Assembly (NCBI GenBank): GCA_004764695.1
Contig: SMSO01000025.1
Location: 2,790,001-2,854,000, forward strand
Direction: 5' to 3'
DNA: 64,000 nt
Source of the DNA: Schizochytrium sp. TIO01
Taxonomy: Eukaryota; Protista; Bigyra: Labyrinthulomycetes
The translations under genes were made by a program, and so were the position numbers. Under the pieces are notes generated by a model. The model saw only the letters and a list, made by a program, of their open reading frames with translations. It had not been told where the DNA came from and ran no database searches. This document shows positions 35,473-47,181 of this stretch, in pieces; within the stretch, counting starts at the first letter, position 1; each line of letters begins with the position of its first letter.

Positions 35473-36913
35473 TCACCTCCTGTTGTGACCCTTTTTATGG
35501 CCACTCTTCGTTCCACTCTTTTGAGATCCCTTGGAAGGAGTCTTTTGGGGGGCAGCTTCTTTTGGCTGAATAGGAGCTTCCTTCGGAGGTAAACCAGATT
35601 CTGCTGCAACCTTTGCATAAGCCTCGTAATATGAACCTTGAGTTCCTGGAAACTGTACACTGAGAGCTGCAATTTCATTTGCAGCTTCGCAGGCTTCTTG
35701 CATAGAAACTCCATGGCAGAGCGCCACGGCGAGGGCGCCAACAAAGCTGTCTCCAGCACCTACAGTGTCGAGTGCAGTGCAAGGAATACCTGGAATGTAA
35801 GTCGCATTTTTGGGATTGTCAACGGTCACTAAGCAAACTCCCTTCTCGCCGAGAGTGAGAATAATTGAGTTGCATCCTGAAAATTTCTCCAATAAAGCCT
35901 GCACAGCATCCTTTCCACTATTTGTTTCGACTAGGCCGACATCCCAGCCAAGAAGCTGCGCGGCCTCTAGCTCGTTCATGCACAGCACATCTGCATCATG
36001 GCAAAGTTCAAGAAGAACTGGATCATATGGGTCGGGTGGTACCGGGGCCACATTAAGGATCTTTAAGGAACCACCAAGCTCGGCAAGACGGAATGCTTCT
36101 AATGAAATCTGCATGTCGGCTTCAAGTTGGCAAAGTACGACCTCTGCAGTAGCAAGCTGTTCCGTAGCTGCTAGGACATTGTTAACCGAAATAGTTGAGT
36201 TAGCACCAGGCGCCACGACAATGGTATTCTGGCCCTTAGGATCCACGATTACTGAAGAAAAGCCTGTTGGCAAAGTTTCATCAGTGCTCACAAAAGAACA
36301 GTCCACGCCCGCCTTAACGAGGGCATCAAGTGTCGCTTCACCACGGGCATCCGCGCCTACACGGCTAATAAATGACACATTTCCGGGGCCGAGGAGGAGA
36401 CTGGCTTGGACGGCTTGGTTAGCACCCTTGCCACCAAAGTCCTCACTAGTCGATGTGCTCAGGATAGTTTCTCCGCGCGACGGTAGTCGAGGTACTTGCA
36501 ATTTACAATCCACCACATTCTGTAGACCAAATTAATAAGATTCAACCAAGTCAGTTTTCTACTATATCATACTTTGAGCATTTAACATAGTGTGTCATCA
36601 TATCACACCATAGAAACTAGAAGGATTTTGAAGTGACTCAAATGAGCGCTTTGCTTTGCATTATTCAATTCTATATATGCTGGAATGGACTGGTGAACAT
36701 TAAATGTCGACTTACGATGCCAAAAACTGCAACCAAAGGACCGCCCTCAAAGGTGACATATTCACTAGATATCGGTTCCCCCTCAACAACCATGTCTTCA
36801 TCTTGAGTGGACAACCATCTACTCGAAGCCACTGCCCTTGGCCACGTTCGTGGGAAGTGGGTCACGCCTACCAACTGAGTGGTGGCCCTGTGGACCAGAT
36901 TGCGCACAAACAT
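35473..36913 (-). CDS. RBKS: Ribokinase (PfkB family) with putative mitochondrial presequence (exons 36913-36716, 36519-35473; 414 aa)
   Basis: Spliced junction gives VAVFGI-NVVD..VPRLPSRGET; GGKGANQA, CQLE, NELEA, TLGEKG, DTVGAGDSFVGALA. Confidence 0.88.
36520..36715 (-). other. Spliceosomal intron (196 nt, phase 0)
   Basis: Minus-strand GTAAGT at 36715 and CTACAG acceptor ending at 36520; the join rebuilds the first beta-strand motif of ribokinase. Confidence 0.88.
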
Positions 36914-37995
36914 TTCCCTAGCCCGTGGAAGCCCGTGTCGAAAACTTCAAGACTACCCCAGGACTTCGCAATCCTCTAGCCAAGTGCGCTTGATTGCTCA
37001 AGACTATTCTAAAGTTTGAGCACAGCTGATCAAAGCGACCTTCGTCAACGCGCTAGCGATTGGTCTTTGGTGATCGATATCACCCTCGATGGTTGAATTA
37101 CTGTACACATAGATAGTCTTATAGCTAATAGTTCTTATAGGCCATTCGTTAGTTCTCTGTGTGTGGACATTTGAAGAAATGTAAATAATGAAATCTGAGA
37201 AAAACGCTGTCGCTGTGAAAGGGAGTCTCAGAGTCCAGGCAGTGGATCTCTTCTGCATGACAAACTGTTCATGATATAAAAAGATGATGAATACCTTCCA
37301 TAAAATGCGATGCGACTACTGTGGTTGATTAATTCTTTATTTCATTAGACATTTCGAAGGTGAGACATATTCTGGTCACCGGAGTAAATAGAGTGCAACT
37401 AAATTTGCAAGTTGGTAAAAGAAAAGCTTGAATTGATGAATTGAAGAGGTTTCCCGAGTAGAAGGAATGCCCACGCCAATGAGCAACCATCTTTCGGTTT
37501 GCTTTCGGCGGTGTCATTAAAATAAAATTTACTACTAGGTAGAAAGCTGAGTTTTTACCTTTTTTCAATGAAGCAAATGAAAAGGTGAAAACAGAGCAAA
37601 GAAGATAATGCGGCTGTCTATCATAGTAAGTAAATAAATTAGGAGATCAGGTCATCCATAATTAGCAAACCAGATTTGAGCTTGAGCGCTTGGGACTTGG
37701 ACACCACACTGACGCTTTCTGGCAGCCAATAAGTGCCCTCGGGTGGCAGTACGGTGACCTTTGGTTGCTCTTGGAGGCTCAGGGGCGAAGGGAATCGCGA
37801 GATAGATACACACCGCCTTCAACAGAAAGTCTCAGAAGGCGCGGAAAAAGTGCCCAGGACGATAGCATAAGCGAGGATCGCATCAGTTACTGTCAGATCC
37901 AAGCCAACGAGCATCTATTCAAAGCATTGAGCTGAGCTTTATAGCAAACAAGCTTGGTCTCTTTGAAGAGAAGATAATCTAGTTGAGGTTTTATA

Positions 37996-40815
37996 ATGAC
38001 ACAAGACTCGAAAGATGAAGATTCGGCCAACGTGGAAAACCTTATGGCCAAGGCAAGCCTTGAAGACAATTGCGCAGCAGAACTAAAAGTTAGTGATGCA
38101 GAGGTGATTGCAGATGTTTCTTCATCAACGTTGCCACCGCCAGCGCCATCCCCCCCGCCAGCGCCAAAATCCTCTTCGTCATCACAAGAAGCTGGCAATC
38201 AAGGCGCAGTCGGTGCCTCAGCAGGGCCACGCGAAGGTATGAAACGGGTTAAATGTGCATGTGGTGCAACTCTGGAGCTCCCTGTAGACATTTATGTGTT
38301 CAGGTGTAGCCAGTGTGAGCAGGTGATGCAGATCCCTAGAATTCTGCCTGAGCAAGAACGAGAGTTGTTCGCTAAACGGGCACTGCAAAAATGGATTGTA
38401 CGTGAAGCAGTTAGCCGCGAGTTAGATAGCTGGCTCGACGGCAAGGAGACGTTCGGATCTGAATCTCAATCATTGGTTGCTCGATTTTACAGAAAGCTCA
38501 TTGAGTTTCCTCTATTTAAAGGTGCCAATGTTGATGATGCTCTTTTGCAACTCTTTAAGTTTTTACCGACCCTTGAAGACAGGCTCAAACGTATGAGCCA
38601 ATCCCGAACAAGCATTCGACGGAGGTTTGTGAACTATATTGCTGGACCAGTATTTTATGCTACGTTTGGTGATGAATATACATCTTTACTATTTGGCGAT
38701 TCGCGTGGGGAAAAGAACGATGCCTTCAAGACTGAAATTGTTAATTTGTTGAAGGAGTTCGAAAAACCAGACGGAATTTCAACACTCCTAGAGTCTGTTG
38801 AAGCTTCTCACAGCTTGGCTGAATTGCCATTAAGCTTTCGCCGTATGGTCGATAGCCACGTTCAATCTGCAGTGGCTAATTTGGAGCACTCTCTTGCAAA
38901 GCCAAGAAATCGTTCCAAGCTTAAAAGCTTGTATCGTCTTGTTCCCCGCCACGCTTTGCTGAAGCTTATTAAGATTAACGTGGCAGGAACAGGACTGATC
39001 TCATCCGCAATCAATCTCTTCATGGTCCGTCCTTTTGGGCGTCGCAGTTTAATGCAGCGCATGGCAGCTACGACTCTTGGGGTAACAGATGCCGAGGATC
39101 TTGCTTCGATGGCCGCATCGAATTTATCTCCAGAAATTAAGGAGCGTTGTCTTGCGTATGTAAGGAACTACGATGGTGAACACCTTATTGATATGTGGTA
39201 CGCCACGGATGAAGAAATTATTATTTTCTTGAGTGACACCGATTTATCAAAGCGATGGAACTGCCCAGACATCCCTACTGAGCAAATTCACCATTTGTGC
39301 CGCGCTTGCGAGGCTCACCGACGTGCCGAACTCGAGGCAGCAGGGAAAGGGCAGGGAAGTAGTTCCCGGTCCGAGATGTACCTTGGCATTAACGATGACG
39401 ATTCTGCCTCACTAGCGTCATCTGTGGATGAACTAGATGATTTAGACGTAGAGAGTGCTGAGGATGAAATGTCAAATTTCGACTTGGAAATTCAGCATGA
39501 CGGATCTGTTAAAGAGGCACAAACTCCGCGAAGATCTCAGCGCAGGCCACCACCAAACTCATTCATCAAAAAGAAGAGCCAGCGGCTCACTGAGGATGCT
39601 GAGAAACACCCCCTGCAGTACATTCGTATGTTCTGTTATGAAGAGATGAATCGACAAATGGGTGACATGGCAGTTGAACTTCTTGGAGACCCTGTTGTGG
39701 ATCGCTTCGTTCGCGTCGTTGTACCTGCAGTCCAAAAACAATTGATCCAAAGTGTTGCCTCTCGAGGTAGTGGATTGGTTCCTCTGGTGGAAGGCGCCTT
39801 TGATGCCTGGAAGCAAATTCTTCGTGTGCATTCAGCTCAGAAAATTACAGAAGCACAGCGTCGCAACGCTTATGCTCATGTTGTAGGCGGCCTTCATGAG
39901 CTAATATTCACCCTCATCCATAACCTCGTGCGAAGCGACCATTCCAATGTATGGCATGAGTTGTGCTACTGGTTGGTAGATTTCTACAATGCCTCGCGCC
40001 TGGACCTTGATATGGATGCTATGATCGCATCGTTGCCCGAAGAACAGGCTGCAGTTGTGATGGAAGAGGGCGAGAAGCTTCGTCAGCACGAGGTTGCAAA
40101 TGCAAGCCGTGCACTCGGTAGCTCTAGTGTTCCACCACCTGAGATCCGTGCCTCGCACGCGCTTGTCGAGCAATTTCGTTTTCGTATCATCGATGGCCTC
40201 TTTAACGCGCATTCGCGAAGCCAAGCTTCAAATGGTGAGACTGGTGGCAAGCACTTGCTGCCTAAACGTCTGCGCACAGGAGAATCAATTCGAATCCGAG
40301 CTGAGGAATTGCGTTTGACTCATCTCGAGATTATTTATTCTTATGAGGATGCAAGCAGTCTCCCAAAACGAGGGTATGAATGTCTACAGGTTGACTTGAA
40401 CATAAGTGGAAAGAGCGACACTAAGTCGTCCCTCTGGGTGCGCAGATCTTTGCCAGACCATAGCACTACTGACGATGGCACTGAACTAGAATGGATGAAG
40501 CCAATTACATCCATTCGTATAATTGAAGGTTCTGACCCGAATGTGGAAAATACACTGCGTAGTCAGGGTTACTCTAAAGTAGCCAAGGCAATTGATAAGC
40601 GTGGTGTTTTTCTGTGGTATTCTCGCAACGAAAATGAGTCCCCTATCCGCAATATGACAGCCATTCGTATGGATGACCCTAATGCTCATTTGCGTCAACA
40701 AGCTCTGGAGCAAGCCGGTTATTCTTTACTTGCTCCTATCATTCGTTCGCAAAAAACGGGTGGGTTTTTCTCATCTGCTTCTAAGGCGGCTATTGGCATT
40801 TATCTTCAACGCTAA
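37996..40815 (+). CDS. Lec1/Ypr097w-like protein (PXB- and DUF3818-like regions) with N-terminal Cys4 knuckle and C-terminal MABP-like domain
   Basis: 939-aa ORF; CACG..CSQC; LKSLYRLVPRHALLKLIKIN..NLFMVRPFGRRSLMQRM recalls DUF3818 (LFLAQPFG.RSLLQR); C-terminal GYECLQVDLN..LWVRR..PITSIRII..GYSKV..VFLWY..PIRNM recalls the MABP beta-prism. The CDS is very likely real; domain calls are from memory. Confidence 0.65.
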   Translation: MTQDSKDEDSANVENLMAKASLEDNCAAELKVSDAEVIADVSSSTLPPPAPSPPPAPKSSSSSQEAGNQGAVGASAGPREGMKRVKCACGATLELPVDIYVFRCSQCEQVMQIPRILPEQERELFAKRALQKWIVREAVSRELDSWLDGKETFGSESQSLVARFYRKLIEFPLFKGANVDDALLQLFKFLPTLEDRLKRMSQSRTSIRRRFVNYIAGPVFYATFGDEYTSLLFGDSRGEKNDAFKTEIVNLLKEFEKPDGISTLLESVEASHSLAELPLSFRRMVDSHVQSAVANLEHSLAKPRNRSKLKSLYRLVPRHALLKLIKINVAGTGLISSAINLFMVRPFGRRSLMQRMAATTLGVTDAEDLASMAASNLSPEIKERCLAYVRNYDGEHLIDMWYATDEEIIIFLSDTDLSKRWNCPDIPTEQIHHLCRACEAHRRAELEAAGKGQGSSSRSEMYLGINDDDSASLASSVDELDDLDVESAEDEMSNFDLEIQHDGSVKEAQTPRRSQRRPPPNSFIKKKSQRLTEDAEKHPLQYIRMFCYEEMNRQMGDMAVELLGDPVVDRFVRVVVPAVQKQLIQSVASRGSGLVPLVEGAFDAWKQILRVHSAQKITEAQRRNAYAHVVGGLHELIFTLIHNLVRSDHSNVWHELCYWLVDFYNASRLDLDMDAMIASLPEEQAAVVMEEGEKLRQHEVANASRALGSSSVPPPEIRASHALVEQFRFRIIDGLFNAHSRSQASNGETGGKHLLPKRLRTGESIRIRAEELRLTHLEIIYSYEDASSLPKRGYECLQVDLNISGKSDTKSSLWVRRSLPDHSTTDDGTELEWMKPITSIRIIEGSDPNVENTLRSQGYSKVAKAIDKRGVFLWYSRNENESPIRNMTAIRMDDPNAHLRQQALEQAGYSLLAPIIRSQKTGGFFSSASKAAIGIYLQR

Positions 40816-41390
40816 AGGTACACATGAAGTAAATACATTTATTGTTTCATAGGAATTTCTTTTAAGCTGACATTAATATTGATAGACCGGTCTATGTCTT
40901 CAGTATGATTTAAGCTATGGAAGAGGCTAAGTCAGCCTGGATTCACAAGCAAAAGATTGTGGATATCTTGAATATATATATACATATATATATATACATG
41001 TATATAAACAATTCAGAAAGTAATATACAGGACATCCAACTAGATGAATAATAGATAACTATGATTTCAAACCTGACGAAATAGTGCAATGCCATTCTCG
41101 AAAGCCACTAAATCTAAGCAAATAAACTAAAGAAAAACTGTCAACATGTATTTAATTCTTGTTTAATTAATGAGAGATGGTGTTCTCGTTTGGTGATGTA
41201 CTAACCAGGAAGTGAGTGGTGTTCTTCAAGGCGCACATAACTAAGCACCCGGCTCGATTCTCGCTCGTAAGATATATCCAGAGCAAGAGGTGGGAACGCT
41301 CGTCTTGTTTTACACTTTGGTATGCTCTTATGTTAGCCTTGTATGGGAATAATTGAGTTATTTCGTCAGAGTGTGGCAATTCTAGGTCTG

Positions 41391-42472
41391 CTAAATATTG
41401 TTGGTGACATTTGCGAGGGGAGTGTGGTTATGCGTGTGCGATGCCATTGCCTTTTCAAAGCCTGACCTCATCATGTACTGGCGCTGAAGATCTACTTTTT
41501 CTGTAAGAATAATAACTTGATCCTTCCATCGGGTGATTTCGTTTTTGAGAGAAGCACGCTCTTCAGCAGTTTCTTGCCTCCTAGCCTCGATTTGAGCCTC
41601 TAGTTGAGAAACCTTCTGTTGCGCAGCCTCCAAGTTTTCGCTGAGTCTCGTGGCTCGTTCTGCGTGTCCCTCTGCATTACGTGCACGATGTTTCCAGGCC
41701 TCCAGCTCGGCTTGCAAAGATTCGTTTTGAACCTCAAGCTCTTTCATCTTTGCTTTTACTTCGAAAGAAATGCTATTGTTTACAGCGTGAATGCTGCTGC
41801 TGTCATCCAATGCCCTCTTAGCAGAAGTTGCTTCCTGTTCTGCTCTTATTACACGTGCTTCGGTTCGAGCTAACTCTTCTTCAATAGCTTGTTTACCGGT
41901 TGATAGAATGTCGAGTTGCTGCTCAAGGTCATTCATAACTTCAAGCATCGAGGTCCTTTCAACAGCGTAAAATTCACGGTCTTCAGCCTATTGTTCCATT
42001 AATTAGTCATACAGTATTGAGTACTCGTTAGTTTCATTCTGACTTGCACATGAAGATAAACTAATTGCAAGCATCGACTAGCCGGTATTGATTTGCAACA
42101 TAAGGACTGAGTTCTTGGCGGTTTGGTATCATTCTAAAGTAATGGAAACAGTTCCTACGTTGTAGGCCCTTGTGAAGGTTGTGCCATGAAGGTTGTGCCA
42201 TACTCCATGAAGGCTAAGTTCTAGCAATTCCGCTGAAGTAGTTATCTGCGGTCGTTTCACAACTTGGAAAAGTTTGGATTGTTGCATGTCTAACTTACGT
42301 GGAGTCTGCACAGCATTTGAAGATCTTTCTCAAGCTGTTGCATTTTCACTGCATTGGCATTGCCCCCATAGTCTGTTTTCTTTGAGTGTTCCTCAAGTAT
42401 CTTCTGCGAGCCGCTGGCAGTGGGCTCTGCCAGCAAGGTTGTTGTACTTGTAGATGCCATGACCTTGTCCAT
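41391..42472 (-). CDS. Coiled-coil protein of unknown function (exons 42472-42299, 41987-41391)
   Basis: E/Q/R/K/A/L-rich heptad-like sequence; in-frame join LCRLH-AEDREFY across a GT-AG intron. Confidence 0.7.
41988..42298 (-). other. Probable spliceosomal intron (311 nt, phase 0)
   Basis: Minus-strand GTAAGT at 42298, CTAAT branch point, AATAG acceptor ending at 41988. Confidence 0.7.
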
Positions 42473-43781
42473 GGCACTCTGCAACCCAGAGCTCTATCAA
42501 AGCCTTTGACCACTACTCTCTAGAAAACCGAGCAACTTGTGGTACCAGCCAACAGGCCTCTCGCGAAGCAGGCCTCGCAGGCAGGAGCCTCTACACTCTT
42601 GCAATCGCTTCTGCGGCACTGCTGATGGTTAGTTATTTTGCATCATGTTACAATATTTTAAAATTCTTTTATTTCCTACTTCAATAAGTTAGTTATCTGT
42701 TATTTGCAATACCGGTGTAAATGATGTAAATGCAGCATCCAAATCAACCATACCCTCAGGCTTCGCAATGGGAAATCGTGCCATTCGTATGCCAGCAAGA
42801 AAGTATTTTCTGCCAGCTTTTGAAGTTTTGAATCAATGAACTATCCATTCGCTGCTCAAGTTTTCATTTGCAGAGAGAACTCAAATTATTAATCCTTAAT
42901 TTGGGAAAAACCGCCGCCCTTACTCCTACTTGATTCCCAATATCTCTCACTAAGGCCCATCGGGAGCAGAGATAGCATACTAATACCCTTTGTTGTAAAG
43001 TCTACATCAGTGTCTACATCACAAATGTAAACGTTAGTGTCTACGTTACCGCAGGACCAGCCAGTGAAGCGTCTGTTTCTCAAGTGGACTCTCACAGCGC
43101 GGCCTTGCGACATAGGATAGGCAAATGATCATCAATTACAGCAGCATGTGTGTTCAATATTTTCTAGTACTACCAAGCACAATTTAAAGCACCTGTTGGC
43201 AAATCGACGACAGTCTCACATTGCAATGCGAGTTGTGGTCCTGTCGATTGAATTTTCAAGAAAAGCAGGCACAGCAACGAACTACTTTTCATGCCTGTAG
43301 TAGAATTAGCTGTCTCGAGCGAAGTGACCTACAAAGCCAACAAAAGTTGTTAGTCGAACCAGTCCATTGCGAGATTACGAGCGATATACCCATTGCACAA
43401 CGCGAAAGCAACCCTCCATAGAATAAAAGTCGTCTCAAGTTGAAGTACATTTTATAGAACGATGCAACCAGGTAGGTAAAGGTATGTACATAGTGAAAGT
43501 AGTCGTCGACTTCGATAAGGATAACTCAGTTTGTTGAAACTAGGCACTGAGTTTGTTTCACTGTGTAGTGGAGCAAAGTATAAGTAGAGTATAGGATCGG
43601 GTAAGTAGAACAAAAGAACAAAAGTAGCAAATAACAATTCGTCAGCGGGTGGCCTAGAAAACAAGAGCACAGAATCGCCACAGAATTCATTCATTCATTC
43701 ATTCATCCACTCGCTTGCGTCGAAGGAAGGCGCAGCAGAGGCCAGTCGAGGACTCTGGAGGTTTAAGGAACGTGAGAAACA

Positions 43782-44984
43782 ATGAAGCGCAAGTTGGCAA
43801 GAGCCTCGGCAGCAGACCGTCGCCGTGAACGCGATGCTAAGGAGGAAGCGGCACTCGATGCCGACGCCCAGCAAGACCGCGCCCAGCAGAGGGCCGAGGC
43901 CCGCAAGGCCCGCAAGATGCTCGAGGAGGCCAACGACGACGCAGACAACGCCATCCAAGAGGCTGAGCTGAGCTCCGAGGAGGATTCTGAGAGTGAGACC
44001 GAAGAAAACGCCATGGAGGACGAGTCCGATGCTCAAGACGAAGAAGATGATGGCGAGGAGGGTGAAGAGTCCACACCCAAGAAGGCCAAGAAGGCCAAAG
44101 GTGCCATGTCGAAGCAGGACGAGAAGATCTTGAAGAAGCGTATTGCAGAGCAGAAGAAGATCGCAAACATTGTGCCGTACACGAACAAACAGCGCGTGCT
44201 GATCTTCTGCAGCCGTGGCATCAACTCGCGTTTCCGGCACCTCATGGACGACATGCGGTCTCTTCTGCCGCACCACCGCACAGAGATCAAGCACGACACC
44301 AAACGTAACCTCACTGAAATTAACGAGGTCTGCGAGTTCAAGGGCTGTAACAACTGCATGTTCTTCGAGGCTCGCAAGCGCAAGGACCTGTACCTCTGGC
44401 TTTGCAAGACCCCGAATGGCCCTTCGGTCAAGTTCCACGTTCTCAACATTCACACAATGGACGAGCTTCGTCTCAGCGGAAACTGCCTCAAGGGATCGCG
44501 CCCCATGCTTTCCTTTTCTGGCGAGTTCGACATGGACCCCACGCTGCAGCTTATCAAGGAGATCTTCACCCAGATCTATGGCACTCCTGCGGGCCACCCC
44601 AAGTCTAAGCCTTTCGTTGACCACATCATGAACTTCAGCCTGCTCGACGGAAAGATCTGGTTCCGCCACTTTCAAATCGTGGATACTACCCAGGACCCCA
44701 AGGAGATCAAACGCGCCCTCAAAGACGGCGAGGAGACCATCAAGCTTGTTGAGATCGGACCCCGCTTTGTTCTCGACCTTATCAAGGTATTCGATGGCAG
44801 CTTCGGTGGACGGACCCTTGTTGAGAACCCAGCCTACACAACCCCTACGGCAGAGCGCAGCGCTTACATGAAGGGTCTCGGATCCAAGTACGCGTCTCGC
44901 AAGAAGAGTCAGCAGGAGCGTGCCGAGCGTGCCGAGGTCAACGTTATCCCCGCCGATCCCGTGCGCGATGTGTTCCGGTCCTGA
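43782..44984 (+). CDS. BRX1: Ribosome biogenesis protein BRX1 (Brix domain)
   Basis: NKQRVLIFCSRGI, RHLMDD, FFEARKRKDLYLW, PNGPSVKF, HTMDELRLSGNCLKGSRP, HPKSKPFVDH, EIGPRFVL, GSFGG. Confidence 0.97.
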   Translation: MKRKLARASAADRRRERDAKEEAALDADAQQDRAQQRAEARKARKMLEEANDDADNAIQEAELSSEEDSESETEENAMEDESDAQDEEDDGEEGEESTPKKAKKAKGAMSKQDEKILKKRIAEQKKIANIVPYTNKQRVLIFCSRGINSRFRHLMDDMRSLLPHHRTEIKHDTKRNLTEINEVCEFKGCNNCMFFEARKRKDLYLWLCKTPNGPSVKFHVLNIHTMDELRLSGNCLKGSRPMLSFSGEFDMDPTLQLIKEIFTQIYGTPAGHPKSKPFVDHIMNFSLLDGKIWFRHFQIVDTTQDPKEIKRALKDGEETIKLVEIGPRFVLDLIKVFDGSFGGRTLVENPAYTTPTAERSAYMKGLGSKYASRKKSQQERAERAEVNVIPADPVRDVFRS

Positions 44985-46827
44985 GCGTGAGCAGGTGGTG
45001 TAATTGAGATGAATGAAGCATTAATCCCTACTTTCTATAACCCATGATGTACCAGAACCCCTCGTCGTCTTTTTCCTTTACCCCATCTTTTCAGCAAAGA
45101 TGAACATCTGTGTCCACCCAGTAACGGCGCGCTACATATTGTCGCCTTGGCCCCTTTTTAGTCAGAACATCCTCCCCCACTCTATTACTTCTATGAATGC
45201 GGATAGAGGAATATACAATTTACAAACAACTCCTACGAAGCCCATTTCTTTTACTCTTTTTTTGTCGAAGCAGTCTCTGATTATTCTCGTTGTTGCTAGC
45301 ATGGAATATTGCGAGTCAGTTGCCTAGCGAGCTCCTTGTGTCGTCTCGATCTTGCACAAAGTGAACTAGCACGTATGCCATGTACTCTTTTCCTCCTGTG
45401 CTTCTTGGTTTCCAAAAGGGGAAGTACTAACTGATCTTTGGCAGGTTTGTGTTTATATGTGCAAGGTCTAAATGAAGCTTCGCCCTTTTTGGCGTAGCTG
45501 AGCGTTGCATTATATTGCGTTTACCTACAGGAGATAAGTCAATAGCTCTTGTGCTGTAGTAATTGCCGATTTCTAAGTATCTACAGCTAGTATATTAGCC
45601 ATCTTGCCAACTCTTTCACTGTTTGGTTTGAATCACATGAAATTAAGGGATATTGAAGTAAACCTACAAGCAAGAATGGAGTAAACTGCAATACTAAGTA
45701 TATTGATCATCATCTCCTCAACAATTGTCTTTCTAATTTTCTTGGGTTTGCGATTGCGAAAGTCATTAAGAGTAGATTGAGTTGATGAGATACGAAAGCG
45801 GGTGCCTTTTAGAGTAAGCTCGCACCAGTCAGAGGTGGTCGTATATTGGGTGCGATAGAAAATTCGCGTCTCTACCTTCAGTCAGTCTGAAAGAGATGGT
45901 GGTCATATTGCGTAGACATCTCACAGTATCTGCAACCTGTTCACTAAATGGGTTGTAGCGCAGACTGCATGTCCGTTCTGTTTAGCCGCAAAGATCAACC
46001 ATCAAGCACAGCCAGCATGTTTATTGTATTAAAAAAAACAAAAAATTAATAAAGCCTAAGAAATGAAGAGCGCCAAAGGTATGTGAGTTCTCAAGACAAA
46101 TTATGGAAATTAGCAACAAGAAACAAGGACCAAATGTCTCCGATCACAAGAATAAAGCATACTTCTCTGTGCACGTTTAACCAAAAAAAAAATGCTAGAA
46201 TTGACGTCGTCCACGGCATGCTTGGCAGGCCTCTCTTGGTGCTCAAGAAGAAATCAGGTAATCTGCTGCATATTTGCACGCTGCGTGTGGGGCAATTACG
46301 CCTGACCCTCATTCATGTGAGTGTATGTAATGACTTATGACTTGATTTAGATTGTGTTGCAAATCACCCTCCAATTTGAATGTGAAGTTATAGGAGAATA
46401 TGAGGACTTTGGAAGGGAAATTTTTTGTCGAAGCAGTGGATGAGGTTGATAGTTCGCAAACGGGGACATAGAACAAGCTCCTGCGTCCAGACCGTGCTTC
46501 GGCACTCTCAAGATGAACAAACGCGGGCCCTGCAAGTAAGTATTTTTTGCACTTGTAATACGAGAAAAAATGCCAAGGGCCCGTGCCATCCACCCTAACA
46601 ACGTAAGCTCGATCTTGCGGCACTTCACTCGCGCTGAAAAGCAGAGATTGAAGCGATAGAAGCGGATGTGAAAACTGAAGATGCGGAGATATAGCGAAGA
46701 GGAGAAGAGAGAAGAGATTTTGGATGAGGAGTGATCAAAGGATCGAAAGGAGGGGGAGAGAGTTGAAAAGGTGCGAAGAGGAGTACGAGGAGTCTAAAAA
46801 GGACAATGTTACTTACTTACTCATAGT

Positions 46828-47181
46828 CTACTCCAGCTCGGGCTTCATGCCGGGCTCCTTGGTCCAGTGGAGGCCGTGGTGGCCGTGGCCGTGGTCGTGG
46901 TGGTCATCATCGTGGCCGTGGCCGTGATCGCCGTGGGCATCCCAGGGGTGCTGCAGGCCGAGGAGAGCGACACCGTCCTCTTTTGCGCGGTAGAAGATCC
47001 AGAGCCACATCATGGTGCCCATGACCTCGCCCAACTGGATGTGCTTCTTGTCCACATGCGGCACCTTGAAGTGGTTGTACTCCGGGCCAGCGCTGCTGCC
47101 AGCGTTGCGAACCTGCTGCTGGCGCCACTGCGGTGCGGCGCGGCGGCCAGCGGCAGCGGCAGATCTGAAGAGTCCGTTCAT
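46828..47181 (-). CDS. NDUFB2: Complex I accessory subunit NDUFB2 (AGGG)-like, mitochondrial
   Basis: ATG at 47181; Arg/Ala presequence ending VRN-AGSS; MWLWIFYRAKEDG..LLG..HPW matches the plant/algal NDUFB2 motif; His-rich tail. Confidence 0.85.
   Translation of the reverse strand: MNGLFRSAAAAGRRAAPQWRQQQVRNAGSSAGPEYNHFKVPHVDKKHIQLGEVMGTMMWLWIFYRAKEDGVALLGLQHPWDAHGDHGHGHDDDHHDHGHGHHGLHWTKEPGMKPELE

Noticed and set aside
43686-43712. (TTCA)n runs as initiator-like promoter elements
   Set aside because: Sense-oriented at BRX1 but antisense upstream of GT34 and NDUFB2, so there is no consistent strand relation
43695-44675. 326-aa minus-strand ORF
   Set aside because: Antisense shadow of BRX1 caused by codon bias
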